The position numbers were made by a program, and so were the translations under genes. A stretch of 64,000 nucleotides of DNA from Gammaproteobacteria bacterium (lineage in GTDB: Bacteria; Pseudomonadota; Gammaproteobacteria; Steroidobacterales; Rariloculaceae), in the NCBI GenBank assembly GCA_050485685.1, contig JBJHBW010000007.1:5950-69949 (forward strand). The letters are read 5' to 3'. This document shows positions 8,669-17,275 of the stretch, one piece after another. Under the pieces are notes generated by a model. The model was not told the DNA's origin, searched no databases, and saw nothing but the letters and a program-made list of their open reading frames with translations. Position 1 is the first letter of the stretch. Each line of letters begins with the position of its first letter.

Positions 8669-9883
8669 ATGGAACGGATACACGACGTGCCCGAGCTTCT
8701 ACGCCACCGTCAGGAAAGACGCCGATACACCGGATTGACGCTCACCTTGCTGTCAGGCCTTGCCGTGCTCCTCGCCGCCTGCGGCAGAGCGGGCGATGAC
8801 GCCGCTGCAGCGGCACAGCAGCAGGCCATGCCGCCCATGCCGGTGACGGTCACAACGATCACGCCACGCGACATCGACGTCATCGGCGAGTATGCCGGCC
8901 GGGTTCACGCGGTACGCGAGGTCGAGGTGCGGGCCCGTGTCGGCGGCATACTCGAGCAACGCCTGTATACGGAAGGCAGCGCCGTGAATACCGGCGATGC
9001 CCTGTTTCGCATCGACGCCGAGCCCTACCGCATCGCGTTGCAGCGCGCGCAGGCAGAACTCGCCGACGCACGCGCCACCCTTGCCCGTGCCGAGCGCGAA
9101 CGCCGGCGTATGGAGGAACTCTTTGAACGGCGCTCGGTGAGCGAGCGCGACCGCGACGATGCCGTCAGCCAGCAGGAGCTGGCCGAGGCAAGGCTGGCCT
9201 TGTCCGAAGCCGTGGTAGCCGATGCGGAACGCAACCTGCGCTACACGCAGGTACGCGCACCGGTAGGCGGCTTCACCGGACTTGAAAGCCTGTCCGAAGG
9301 CAGTCTGGTGGACGTCGGTACACTGTTGACCACGATTACGCAGGTGGATCCTGTCTACGTGCGCTTCGCACTGCCCGAAGTCGATGCACGCCGCCAGCGT
9401 GCAGCCACCGGGAATAGTGGCGCCGGCGTGACACTGACGCTGTCCGATGGCAGCACTTTCGAATATGAAGGTGCGCTGGATTTCACTGACAGCCGCGTGG
9501 ACATGCGCACCGGCACCATCACGGCCCGCGCCGAGTTCCCGAATCCGGACGCAGCCCTGATTCCCGGTCAGTTCGTGCGCATACAGGTGCCACTGGAACA
9601 TCTGGGGCAGGCCGTGGTCATCCCGTCCGCCGCGATCGGCCAGGGGCCGGAAGGACCGCGCGTGTTCGTGATCGATGACAGCGACGTTGCCCGTTCCCGC
9701 GCCGTGACCATCGGCCCGGTCGTCGAAGGCGGGCAATTGATCCGCGCCGGGCTCGAGGCCGGCGATCGCGTTGTCATCAACGGTCAGGTGGCACTTGCCG
9801 ACGGCGCGCCCGTCATGGTGCGTTCGCAGGGCGATTCCCGCTCAGCAGCGATGCCGGATGCGGCCGCAGAACCGGCGGAGTAA
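8669..9883 (+). CDS. RND efflux membrane-fusion (periplasmic adaptor) protein
   Basis: Lipoprotein-type signal (LAVLLAACG), a coiled-coil hairpin region (RIALQRAQAELADARATLARAERERRRMEELF) and a beta-barrel/MP domain. It ends 3 nt before the RND pump gene. Confidence 0.9.
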   Translation: MERIHDVPELLRHRQERRRYTGLTLTLLSGLAVLLAACGRAGDDAAAAAQQQAMPPMPVTVTTITPRDIDVIGEYAGRVHAVREVEVRARVGGILEQRLYTEGSAVNTGDALFRIDAEPYRIALQRAQAELADARATLARAERERRRMEELFERRSVSERDRDDAVSQQELAEARLALSEAVVADAERNLRYTQVRAPVGGFTGLESLSEGSLVDVGTLLTTITQVDPVYVRFALPEVDARRQRAATGNSGAGVTLTLSDGSTFEYEGALDFTDSRVDMRTGTITARAEFPNPDAALIPGQFVRIQVPLEHLGQAVVIPSAAIGQGPEGPRVFVIDDSDVARSRAVTIGPVVEGGQLIRAGLEAGDRVVINGQVALADGAPVMVRSQGDSRSAAMPDAAAEPAE

Positions 9884-9886
9884 GCC

Positions 9887-12800
9887 ATGCTGAGATTCTT
9901 CATCGACCGGCCGATCTTCGCGTCGGTGGTCTCCTTCATCATCGTACTCGCCGGTGTCATGGCACTGCGCGCGCTGCCGGTAGAGCAGTACCCGGACGTA
10001 GTGCCGCCTCAGATCGTCGTCGAGGCCACCTATCCCGGCGCCAGCGCGGTCGTGATCGCCGAATCCGTAGCCGCGCCGCTGGAACAGGAGATCAACGGCG
10101 TCGAGGACATGATCTACATGGAGTCGGCGACGACTGACTTCGGCTCTCTGCAGATCACGGTCACGTTCGAGCTCGGCACAGATCCTGATCAGGCCGCGAT
10201 CAACGTCAATAACCGCGTGCAGGCCGCCCTGCCCCGCCTGCCGCAGCGCGTGCGTGATCTGGGCGTGCGCGTACAGTCGCGCTCTACCAACATCCTTCTG
10301 CTGCCGGTACTCGTCTCGCCCGACGGTCGCTATGACGAGATTTTCATCAGCAACTATGCGCTACTGAATGTCATCGACGAACTGGTGCGGCTGCCGGGTG
10401 TAGGGTCGGCGTCGCTGTTCGCGCCACAGGATTACTCGATGCGCGTATGGCTGAGTCCGGACAAGCTCGCCGAGTTCGATCTCACGCCGTCCGAGGTCGC
10501 CACTGCCCTGCGCACGCAGAGTGCCCAGTTCGCGGCGGGTCAGATAGGCGCGCAGCCGGCACCCGCCGATCAGGCCTTCACCTTCGCGGTGACGACCGAC
10601 GGCCAGCTCTCCACACCGGAAGAGTTCGGTCGCGTGATCCTGAGGTCCGACCCTGACGGCGCAACACTGCGCCTTGCCGACATTGCGCGCATAGAACTCG
10701 GTTCCCAGAGCTACGACTTTTCCGCCACCTACAATGGCCAGCCGGCAGTACCGATAGGCGTGTTCCTCCAGCCCGGGGCGAACGCGCTGGACACTGCCGC
10801 CGCCGTGCGCGCGACGCTGGACAGTGTCTCGTCGCGATTCCCGCCGGGCCTTGAGTATGCAATCCCTTACGACACCACGGAATTTGTCGCGATCTCGATA
10901 CGCGAGGTGATCTTCACGCTGTTGATTGCGGTCGCGCTGGTCGTGCTGGTCACGTTCACGTTTCTGCAGCATCTGCGCGCGACGCTGATCCCGGTGCTGG
11001 CAATCCCGGTTTCGCTGATCGGCACCTTCGCCGCCATGCAGGCTTTCGGCTTCTCGGTGAACCTGCTGACGCTGTTCGGGCTGGTGCTGGCGATCGGCAT
11101 CGTCGTCGACAACGCAATCATCGTCATGGAGAACGTGGAACGGCTGATGACCGAGAAGGGCCTCAAGGCACGTGAGGCGTCGATCGAGACCATGCAGCAG
11201 GTGGCAGGTGCAGTCGTTGCGTCCACGCTGGTGCTGGTTGCCGTTTTCGCACCGGTAACATTTCTCGGCGGCCTGAGCGGCGAGTTGTATCGCCAGTTCG
11301 CAGTCACCATCGCCGCCTCGGTGGTGATCTCGGGCGTCGTCGCGCTGACGTTGACCCCGGCGATGTGCGCGCTACTGCTGGACCGCCAGAAGCACACGGT
11401 CACAAAGCCGTTTCAGATTTTCAACAAAGGGTTCGATCTGGTCACGCGCGGCTTTGTCGCGACCACCGGCGTGCTGGTGCGGCACGTCGTGATCGCGACG
11501 CTGCTGTTCGGCGTGTTTCTCGCGGCGGCCGTATGGTTGCTTACGCGTATGCCATCGGGCCTGGTGCCGCAGGAGGATCAGGGCATCGCTGTCGTCGCCG
11601 GCGCGCTGCCGCCGGCCTCTGCATTGGGGCGCACGATAGGCGTTCGCGATACGCTGTCCGAGCAGCTGCTGGGCATGGATGAAGTCGACGACTTCATCGC
11701 CTTCGCCGGTTTCGACATTGTCGCCGGTGCGCTGCGCTCAAACGGACTGGTCGGCTTCGTCAACCTTGCCGACTGGCGCGACCGCGCAGCGCCGGAACAG
11801 CATGCCGGCGCCGTCGTGCAGAACATCATGGGACTGGGTTTCGACATCGAGGAAGCCAACGTGTTCGGCTTTCTGCTGCCGCCCATACAGGGTATGTCGC
11901 TGACCGGCGGCGTCGAGGGTTTCCTGCAGGTACGCGGCGACACGTCCATCGACAATCTGGGTGCGGTCGGCAACCGCATCGTCGCGGCCGCTAACCAGCG
12001 ACCGGAACTCGCCAGCGCCCGCATGACCCTGGACACCGGTATCCCGCGCTATCGGGCCGCTGTGGATCGCGACAACGCGAGCGCGCTGGGTGTGCCGCTG
12101 AACGCAATCTTCGACGCCATGCAAAGCACATTCGGCTCGCTGTATGTGAACGACTTTCTGTATCAGGGCCGGCTGTGGCGGGTGAACATGCAGGCCGAGG
12201 GAGAGTATCGCAGCGATCCCGACGACCTGCGGCGGGTGTTCGTGCGCGCGGACAACGGCACCATGGTGCCGCTGACCTCCCTGGTCAAACTGGCCCGCGA
12301 AAGCGGGCCGGACATCGTCAACCGCTTCAACCTGTTCCCGGCTGCGCAGCTGCTGGCCGAACCCGCGCCCGGATACACCAGCGGCCAGGCGATGGCGGCT
12401 CTGCAGGAAGTCGTGAATGAAGTCGGTCGCGATGATGATGCCGTGCTGGGATGGATAGGCGAGGCCTATCAGCTGGATGTGGCGGCCGGTGCCGGCGGAC
12501 TCGCTTTCGTGCTGGGTCTCCTGATGGTGTTTCTGATCCTGGCCGCCCAGTACGAGCGCCTGACGCTGCCGCTGGCGGTCGCGGTCGCGGTGCCATTCGG
12601 CGTGCTCGGCGCGACCGGCGCAGCCATCCTGCGCTTGCTGCCGAACGACATCTACTTTCAGGTCGGCCTGCTGGTGCTGATCGGGCTCGCTGCGAAAAAC
12701 GCGATCCTGATCGTCGAGTTCGCAGCACAGAACCGGCGGGCCGGGATGAGCCCGGACGAGGCGGCGATCACCGCCGCGCGGCAGCGTTTTCGCGCGATCG

Positions 12801-13012
12801 TGATGACCGCGATGACATTCATCATCGGTACGCTGCCGCTGGTGTTCGCAACCGGCGCCGGCGCCGCGAGTCGTCAGGCCATAGGCACGGTCGTGGTCGG
12901 CGGCATGATCGGCGCGAGCACGCTGGCATTGCTGTTCGTGCCTCCTGCCTACAAAGTGCTGGAGACGCTGTCATCGAGACGGGCAAGGAGCCGGCAGTCT
13001 GCCCAAGCATGA
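9887..13012 (+). CDS. RND multidrug efflux permease (AcrB/MexB family)
   Basis: 1041 aa with the canonical N-terminus [23 protein letters not shown], two large periplasmic loops and 12 TM segments. Confidence 0.95.
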   Translation: MLRFFIDRPIFASVVSFIIVLAGVMALRALPVEQYPDVVPPQIVVEATYPGASAVVIAESVAAPLEQEINGVEDMIYMESATTDFGSLQITVTFELGTDPDQAAINVNNRVQAALPRLPQRVRDLGVRVQSRSTNILLLPVLVSPDGRYDEIFISNYALLNVIDELVRLPGVGSASLFAPQDYSMRVWLSPDKLAEFDLTPSEVATALRTQSAQFAAGQIGAQPAPADQAFTFAVTTDGQLSTPEEFGRVILRSDPDGATLRLADIARIELGSQSYDFSATYNGQPAVPIGVFLQPGANALDTAAAVRATLDSVSSRFPPGLEYAIPYDTTEFVAISIREVIFTLLIAVALVVLVTFTFLQHLRATLIPVLAIPVSLIGTFAAMQAFGFSVNLLTLFGLVLAIGIVVDNAIIVMENVERLMTEKGLKAREASIETMQQVAGAVVASTLVLVAVFAPVTFLGGLSGELYRQFAVTIAASVVISGVVALTLTPAMCALLLDRQKHTVTKPFQIFNKGFDLVTRGFVATTGVLVRHVVIATLLFGVFLAAAVWLLTRMPSGLVPQEDQGIAVVAGALPPASALGRTIGVRDTLSEQLLGMDEVDDFIAFAGFDIVAGALRSNGLVGFVNLADWRDRAAPEQHAGAVVQNIMGLGFDIEEANVFGFLLPPIQGMSLTGGVEGFLQVRGDTSIDNLGAVGNRIVAAANQRPELASARMTLDTGIPRYRAAVDRDNASALGVPLNAIFDAMQSTFGSLYVNDFLYQGRLWRVNMQAEGEYRSDPDDLRRVFVRADNGTMVPLTSLVKLARESGPDIVNRFNLFPAAQLLAEPAPGYTSGQAMAALQEVVNEVGRDDDAVLGWIGEAYQLDVAAGAGGLAFVLGLLMVFLILAAQYERLTLPLAVAVAVPFGVLGATGAAILRLLPNDIYFQVGLLVLIGLAAKNAILIVEFAAQNRRAGMSPDEAAITAARQRFRAIVMTAMTFIIGTLPLVFATGAGAASRQAIGTVVVGGMIGASTLALLFVPPAYKVLETLSSRRARSRQSAQA

Positions 13013-13026
13013 ATCAGGATCAACGA

Positions 13027-13815
13027 ATGAACATATCAATACGAAAACTTCCCTTTCTGACCACGCTGATCGCGTACTGCGCCGCTTTTTTGCCCGGCCA
13101 TGCGCTCGGACAGACGGATGGCAGCGAGAACACAACCAGCGGTCTCCACCTTGAGCTTGAAACCGGCGCCGTTGCCTATGCACGCAACGATGTGCGCATC
13201 CCGAATGACGGCGGAACGCGGTTTGATCTGCGTGACCTTACCGGATCCGGACCCGAGGTTTTCGGCCGGCTGGCGCTGACATGGCGGCTCGATGACAGAC
13301 ATGCGCTGCGCTTTACCATCGCGCCGCTGCGAATCACCGGCAGCGGCGTACTCGACAGCGACGTAATGTTCGAGAATTCGGTCTTTCCGGCCGGCACGCC
13401 CACACAGGGCGTCTATCAGTTCAGCAACTACCGCGTCACCTACCGGCGCATGTTTGCGCCCGGCGAACACTGGCACTGGGGCATCGGTGGCGCGCTGTTC
13501 GTGCGAGATGCGGAAATCTCGCTGCGGCAGGGCGGACTTCGCGAGACCAACGACGATATCGGCCTGGTGCCGTTGCTGCATGTGTACGGTGAACGCCGCA
13601 TCGGCGACCGCACGGCACTGATTGTTGACATCGAAGGCGCCGGGGCCTCGCAGGGCCGCGCCGTGGACGCGTCGATTCGCGTGCAGCGCACGCTTGCCAA
13701 CGGCATGACCGTCAGCGCCGGCTACCGCGGCCTGGAAGGTGGCGCCGACAACGATGAACTCTATACATTCGCGTGGCTGAACTATGCGACCTTTGCGGTG
13801 GGTTGGCGGTTCTGA
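13027..13815 (+). CDS. small outer-membrane beta-barrel protein of unknown function (last gene of the RND operon)
   Basis: Within ORF 12451..13815 only the distal part looks real. ATG 13027 has an AGGA 8 nt upstream; the alternative ATG 13009 overlaps the RND stop as ATGA. It has a signal peptide (MNISIRKLPFLTTLIAYCAAFLPGHALG), alternating hydrophobic beta-strand patterns and a C-terminal aromatic residue (...FAVGWRF). Confidence 0.7.
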   Translation: MNISIRKLPFLTTLIAYCAAFLPGHALGQTDGSENTTSGLHLELETGAVAYARNDVRIPNDGGTRFDLRDLTGSGPEVFGRLALTWRLDDRHALRFTIAPLRITGSGVLDSDVMFENSVFPAGTPTQGVYQFSNYRVTYRRMFAPGEHWHWGIGGALFVRDAEISLRQGGLRETNDDIGLVPLLHVYGERRIGDRTALIVDIEGAGASQGRAVDASIRVQRTLANGMTVSAGYRGLEGGADNDELYTFAWLNYATFAVGWRF

Positions 13816-13858
13816 TGGACTGATCCGGGCCGTCAGGCCCCGAGATTGCGGGCACACA

Positions 13859-14239
13859 CTACCAGCGAACCAGATCCCCGTTGCCGAACACACCGCCGGA
13901 GTGCGCCCGGCGATGGTTCACGAAGATATTGCGGATATTCACAGACGTCCGTGCCGCGATGACCGCCGCGGCCGCCCTCACCATCGTTTCGACCCGGGTC
14001 GGCGAGTGAAAGTCGGGCGTGAGCAGGTCCACGAGTACGGGATGGGAGTCGGGTGGCTGCTGACGTTCCGCCCTGCCGGCCACCGCGTAATGGCCCGGCG
14101 GCAGGAACTCCCAGGTGAAGGTGACATACTCGATGCCTATCCCGGTCGCCGTCGAGAAGTCGCGACACAGGTCCTCCAGTGTGGCGGACATGTCGAACCC
14201 GCTCGCGAGCGGCAGGGATTTAACGTGTATCAGCGGCAT
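13859..14239 (-). CDS. tautomerase-superfamily protein (N-terminal Pro-1)
   Basis: Within ORF 13859..14446 I start at Met 14239, giving MPLIHVKSLP..., the Met-Pro-hydrophobic N-terminus typical of the 4-OT/MSAD-type tautomerase superfamily. About 126 aa; the upstream extension is Arg-rich. Confidence 0.5.
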   Translation of the reverse strand: MPLIHVKSLPLASGFDMSATLEDLCRDFSTATGIGIEYVTFTWEFLPPGHYAVAGRAERQQPPDSHPVLVDLLTPDFHSPTRVETMVRAAAAVIAARTSVNIRNIFVNHRRAHSGGVFGNGDLVRW

Positions 14240-14253
14240 ATCTGCAGAGCGGC

Positions 14254-14943
14254 TCAGTACTCCGACTTCGGCTTCTTTTCCTTGTAGCCGATGCGATGGA
14301 AGGGGTTGACGATACCGCTGACCAGATTGCGGGCGTGGGCGGAGATGCGCTTCAGGTAACGGATGTAAAGCACCAGCGCAGCAGTATCGCCGGGCGACAG
14401 GTCGTTGATCTCGCCGCCGACGATGCGCATGACCAGCCGCTCGCACTCCGCCGATATGTGTTCCTTGTATTCGAGCATGATGGTGCGTGCCTTCTCGACA
14501 TCACTGGCCTTGAAGGCCTCCACCATGAGGCGGAACAGATTCCCGACCCGCGTCTCAATGTCAGAGACTTCCGCTTCCAGGGATCCGGCATCGAGTCGGC
14601 GCGGGTGCCAGCGCGCCAGGTCGTAAATGTTCTTTGCGTAATCACCAATGCGTTCGATGTCGATGACGACGCTGACCAGCACCAGCCCGGACGACAGATC
14701 AGCCGGCCCGCTTACCGTCAGATGGGTCATGACCTTGCGCCGGACGTCGCGCTCGAAGCGATTGACCTGCTTGTCCATCGCGTAGACGTCCACCGGCAGC
14801 GTTCCGTCGTCGAAGCGGCGCAGTGACTCTACCGAGGCCTCGAACATCTTCAGGCCGATGTCCAGCATCTCGTGGGACTCATCCAGCGCCTGAGTGTAAA
14901 GGTCATCCTTGTTGAACAGTGACAGCACGCTTTTCCAGGACAT
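14254..14943 (-). CDS. PhoU-domain protein (separate regulatory partner of the Na/Pi cotransporter)
   Basis: 229 aa with two PhoU-like helical repeats (VVIDIERIGDYAKNIYDL; LYIRYLKRISAHARNL). It begins 6 nt downstream of the Na/Pi cotransporter gene. Confidence 0.8.
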   Translation of the reverse strand: MSWKSVLSLFNKDDLYTQALDESHEMLDIGLKMFEASVESLRRFDDGTLPVDVYAMDKQVNRFERDVRRKVMTHLTVSGPADLSSGLVLVSVVIDIERIGDYAKNIYDLARWHPRRLDAGSLEAEVSDIETRVGNLFRLMVEAFKASDVEKARTIMLEYKEHISAECERLVMRIVGGEINDLSPGDTAALVLYIRYLKRISAHARNLVSGIVNPFHRIGYKEKKPKSEY

Positions 14944-14949
14944 CTCGGC

Positions 14950-16116
14950 CTACCCCATCAGATGAACGACAGTCACGACGACCGCCGGAATGGCGAAATA
15001 CAGCAGCCCGACAAACAGTGGCGCGAAATAGCGCCGCCTGTAGGCAAGGTCGCCCATGTGCGTAGCGATCTTCAGCGGAATCCTCCGTATGTACGAAATC
15101 GGCCATATGATCAGAATACCAAGCACGTTGAACATCAGGTGCGCGAATGCGACGGTGATCGCAGTCGGGTTCGCGGTCGCCAGGGCCGCCAGAATCGCTG
15201 TCAGCGTGGTCCCCAGATTCGCGCCCAGGCTGTATGGATAGATCTGCGTCAGTCGTATGAGACCGGCGGCGGCCAGCGGAATCGCCAGCGCGGTGGGCAC
15301 GGAGCTGGTCTGCACCGCGAACGTGAGCAGCAGCCCGAAGAACATTGCCCGACCCGACGTGCGGAACAGATGTGTATCAAAAAAGTGTTCCAGTCGCGTC
15401 AGCATCAGGCTGCGCAGCAGCTTGACGATTACGATCAGCGAGCCGTACGTCAGTACCAGCGCGAAAATCAGCAGCGCCACCGGATTCTGGAACACCAGAC
15501 GTGCCAGCAGCAGTACCGTAGGCTCCGTCGCGGCTTTCAGCGGATTGGCCAGCCTCATGCCACCGATATCCTGGAAGGCGGCGCCGAGAAAAACGGCGAG
15601 TGAGGAAACCGCACCGGTCAACAGCTCGATGGGCAGCAGTATCAGCACACCGATGACGTTGAATGCGCAGTGCACCGACGCCGCGGCGAAGCCGCGCTGC
15701 AGTTCCAGAGGCCGGCGCAGATGACCCAGCGACACCAGCATGCTGGTGATTGTCGTGCCGATATTCGCGCCCATGATCATCGGAATGGCGCCTTCCACGG
15801 AAATGGCACCGCCGGCGACCATGCCGACGATGATGGACGTGGAAGTGGAGGAACTCTGCACCAGCGAGGTCGCGAGCACACCCAGGAACAGGCCGAGCAC
15901 CGCGTTCTCGGTCGTCTTCAGCACCGCTTCGGCGAATTCGCGTCCGAACAGCCCGAACGCATGCCCCAGCGCACCGATGGCAACGATGAACAGATACAGG
16001 CTCGCAATGATGCCGAGCACCCTGGCATACGCGAGCCAGCGGTCCCGGTGCGTGACGACAGCGGACACAATCAACCCGTGGCAGAACCCCCGCACGCATT
16101 GTCGATGAGATCGCAT
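14950..16116 (-). CDS. Na+/phosphate cotransporter family protein (NptA-like)
   Basis: Duplicated Na/Pi-cotransporter signature (LVQSSSTSTSIIVGMV and AVQTSSVPTALAIPL) in a polytopic membrane protein. The start is uncertain: I use Met 16116, and the ORF-track start at 16380 adds an Arg/Cys-rich extension that does not look coding. Confidence 0.8.
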   Translation of the reverse strand: MRSHRQCVRGFCHGLIVSAVVTHRDRWLAYARVLGIIASLYLFIVAIGALGHAFGLFGREFAEAVLKTTENAVLGLFLGVLATSLVQSSSTSTSIIVGMVAGGAISVEGAIPMIMGANIGTTITSMLVSLGHLRRPLELQRGFAAASVHCAFNVIGVLILLPIELLTGAVSSLAVFLGAAFQDIGGMRLANPLKAATEPTVLLLARLVFQNPVALLIFALVLTYGSLIVIVKLLRSLMLTRLEHFFDTHLFRTSGRAMFFGLLLTFAVQTSSVPTALAIPLAAAGLIRLTQIYPYSLGANLGTTLTAILAALATANPTAITVAFAHLMFNVLGILIIWPISYIRRIPLKIATHMGDLAYRRRYFAPLFVGLLYFAIPAVVVTVVHLMG

Positions 16117-16294
16117 CCCGCCGCAACGCGGCCTGTTGCAACGCAACGCATCAACGCAACGCTCAGCCAGGCGGCCACTGGCACCGTGCACGGATGAACT
16201 GTCACGAAAAATACGTAGAATCGACAATGTACTCACGCGGCACCATCGCTCAGAGTGGTACCGGCAGCGTTCGCAGCGGGACAAGGGGACATGA

Positions 16295-17275
16295 ATGCGC
16301 GAAAGAGTCGCGGCCCGGGGATTTCCCGGCACTCGGTGGATTTTCGGCGCAGTGCTGCTCCTTGCTGTGTCCCTGTTCAATCCGTTTGCAGTGTCCGCTC
16401 TTGCGCAGAACCCCGGCGATGAGCACGCGGCTGCCTACGCCGGCATTGGCACCCAGGGCTGCCTGATCTGCCACGGTGCGACGGCCGGGCGCCCGGCCAC
16501 CGGGATCCTTCAGAGTCCTCACGCCGTCAGCGCCGCCGCCGGCTCGCCTTTTGCCGATGGACGTCATCAGTGCGAGGACTGTCACGGGCCAAGCGAAGCG
16601 CATCTGAGTGTTATCGACGGGGTCAGGCCCCCGCCGTCAGTGGCATTCAGTGCGCACGAGAGTGCAGCAGTGAAGGATCAGATGTGTCTTGGCTGCCATC
16701 AGCGCGAGGCCGGCGTGCACTGGAGCATCAGCGCCCACAGCTTCGGCGAGGTAGCATGTACCGATTGTCACGTATCTCATGTCGCGCAGGATCCGGTGCT
16801 GACGGCTGCCGGCGAGGCCAACGTCTGCTTCGCATGCCATGAACGTGAACGCGCTGAATTCTTCCGGCGCTCCGCGCATCCTGTCAGCGCCGGAATGATG
16901 CAGTGCACCGACTGTCATACCCCGCACGGCAGCGATGCGCCGGGCATGCTGAGTCGCGCCACCGTCAACGAGACCTGCTACGACTGCCATGCCGAGAAGC
17001 GCGGACCGTTTCTCTGGGAACACCAGCCGGTTCGCGAGGATTGCACGGCCTGTCATGTGCCGCATGGTTCAAATCATGGCGACCTGCTGGTCGCGCGTAC
17101 GCCGTTCCTCTGTCAGCAATGCCATCTTGCCGCCTTTCATCCCAGCACGGCCCTGAGCGGCCAGAACGTGCCGCCACAGGGTGCCTCACACCTGCTGCTG
17201 TCGCAGAACTGCACGAACTGCCACAGCCAGGTGCATGGCTCCAATCATCCGTCCGGTCCGGGGCTGACGCGATGA
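16295..17275 (+). CDS. periplasmic decahaem c-type cytochrome (MtrA/DmsE/MtoA/PioA family)
   Basis: RBS AAGGGGA, a signal peptide (IFGAVLLLAVSLFNPFAVSALA) and exactly ten CXXCH motifs (CLICH, CEDCH, CLGCH, CTDCH, CFACH, CTDCH, CYDCH, CTACH, CQQCH, CTNCH) in 326 aa. Confidence 0.9.
   Translation: MRERVAARGFPGTRWIFGAVLLLAVSLFNPFAVSALAQNPGDEHAAAYAGIGTQGCLICHGATAGRPATGILQSPHAVSAAAGSPFADGRHQCEDCHGPSEAHLSVIDGVRPPPSVAFSAHESAAVKDQMCLGCHQREAGVHWSISAHSFGEVACTDCHVSHVAQDPVLTAAGEANVCFACHERERAEFFRRSAHPVSAGMMQCTDCHTPHGSDAPGMLSRATVNETCYDCHAEKRGPFLWEHQPVREDCTACHVPHGSNHGDLLVARTPFLCQQCHLAAFHPSTALSGQNVPPQGASHLLLSQNCTNCHSQVHGSNHPSGPGLTR

Noticed and set aside
12451-13026. Long N-terminal extension of the beta-barrel ORF (track start 12451) overlapping the 3' end of the RND pump gene
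   Set aside because: The extension is Arg/Gly/Pro-rich and out of frame with the genuine RND sequence. A signal peptide and RBS appear only at 13009/13027.
16188-16221. Possible Pho box (CTGTCAC at 16199-16205, 10 nt upstream of a TAGAAT -10 at 16216-16221) facing the decahaem operon, next to phosphate-transport genes
   Set aside because: Only one 7-bp half-site matches the PhoB consensus. The expected upstream direct repeat 11 bp away (GCACGGA) does not match, so the evidence is too weak to call.
16903-17271. N-terminal extension of the MtrB-like ORF overlapping the decahaem cytochrome gene
   Set aside because: The overlapping frame encodes the haem-motif-bearing cytochrome. The porin's signal peptide begins at ATG 17272, which is coupled to the cytochrome stop.
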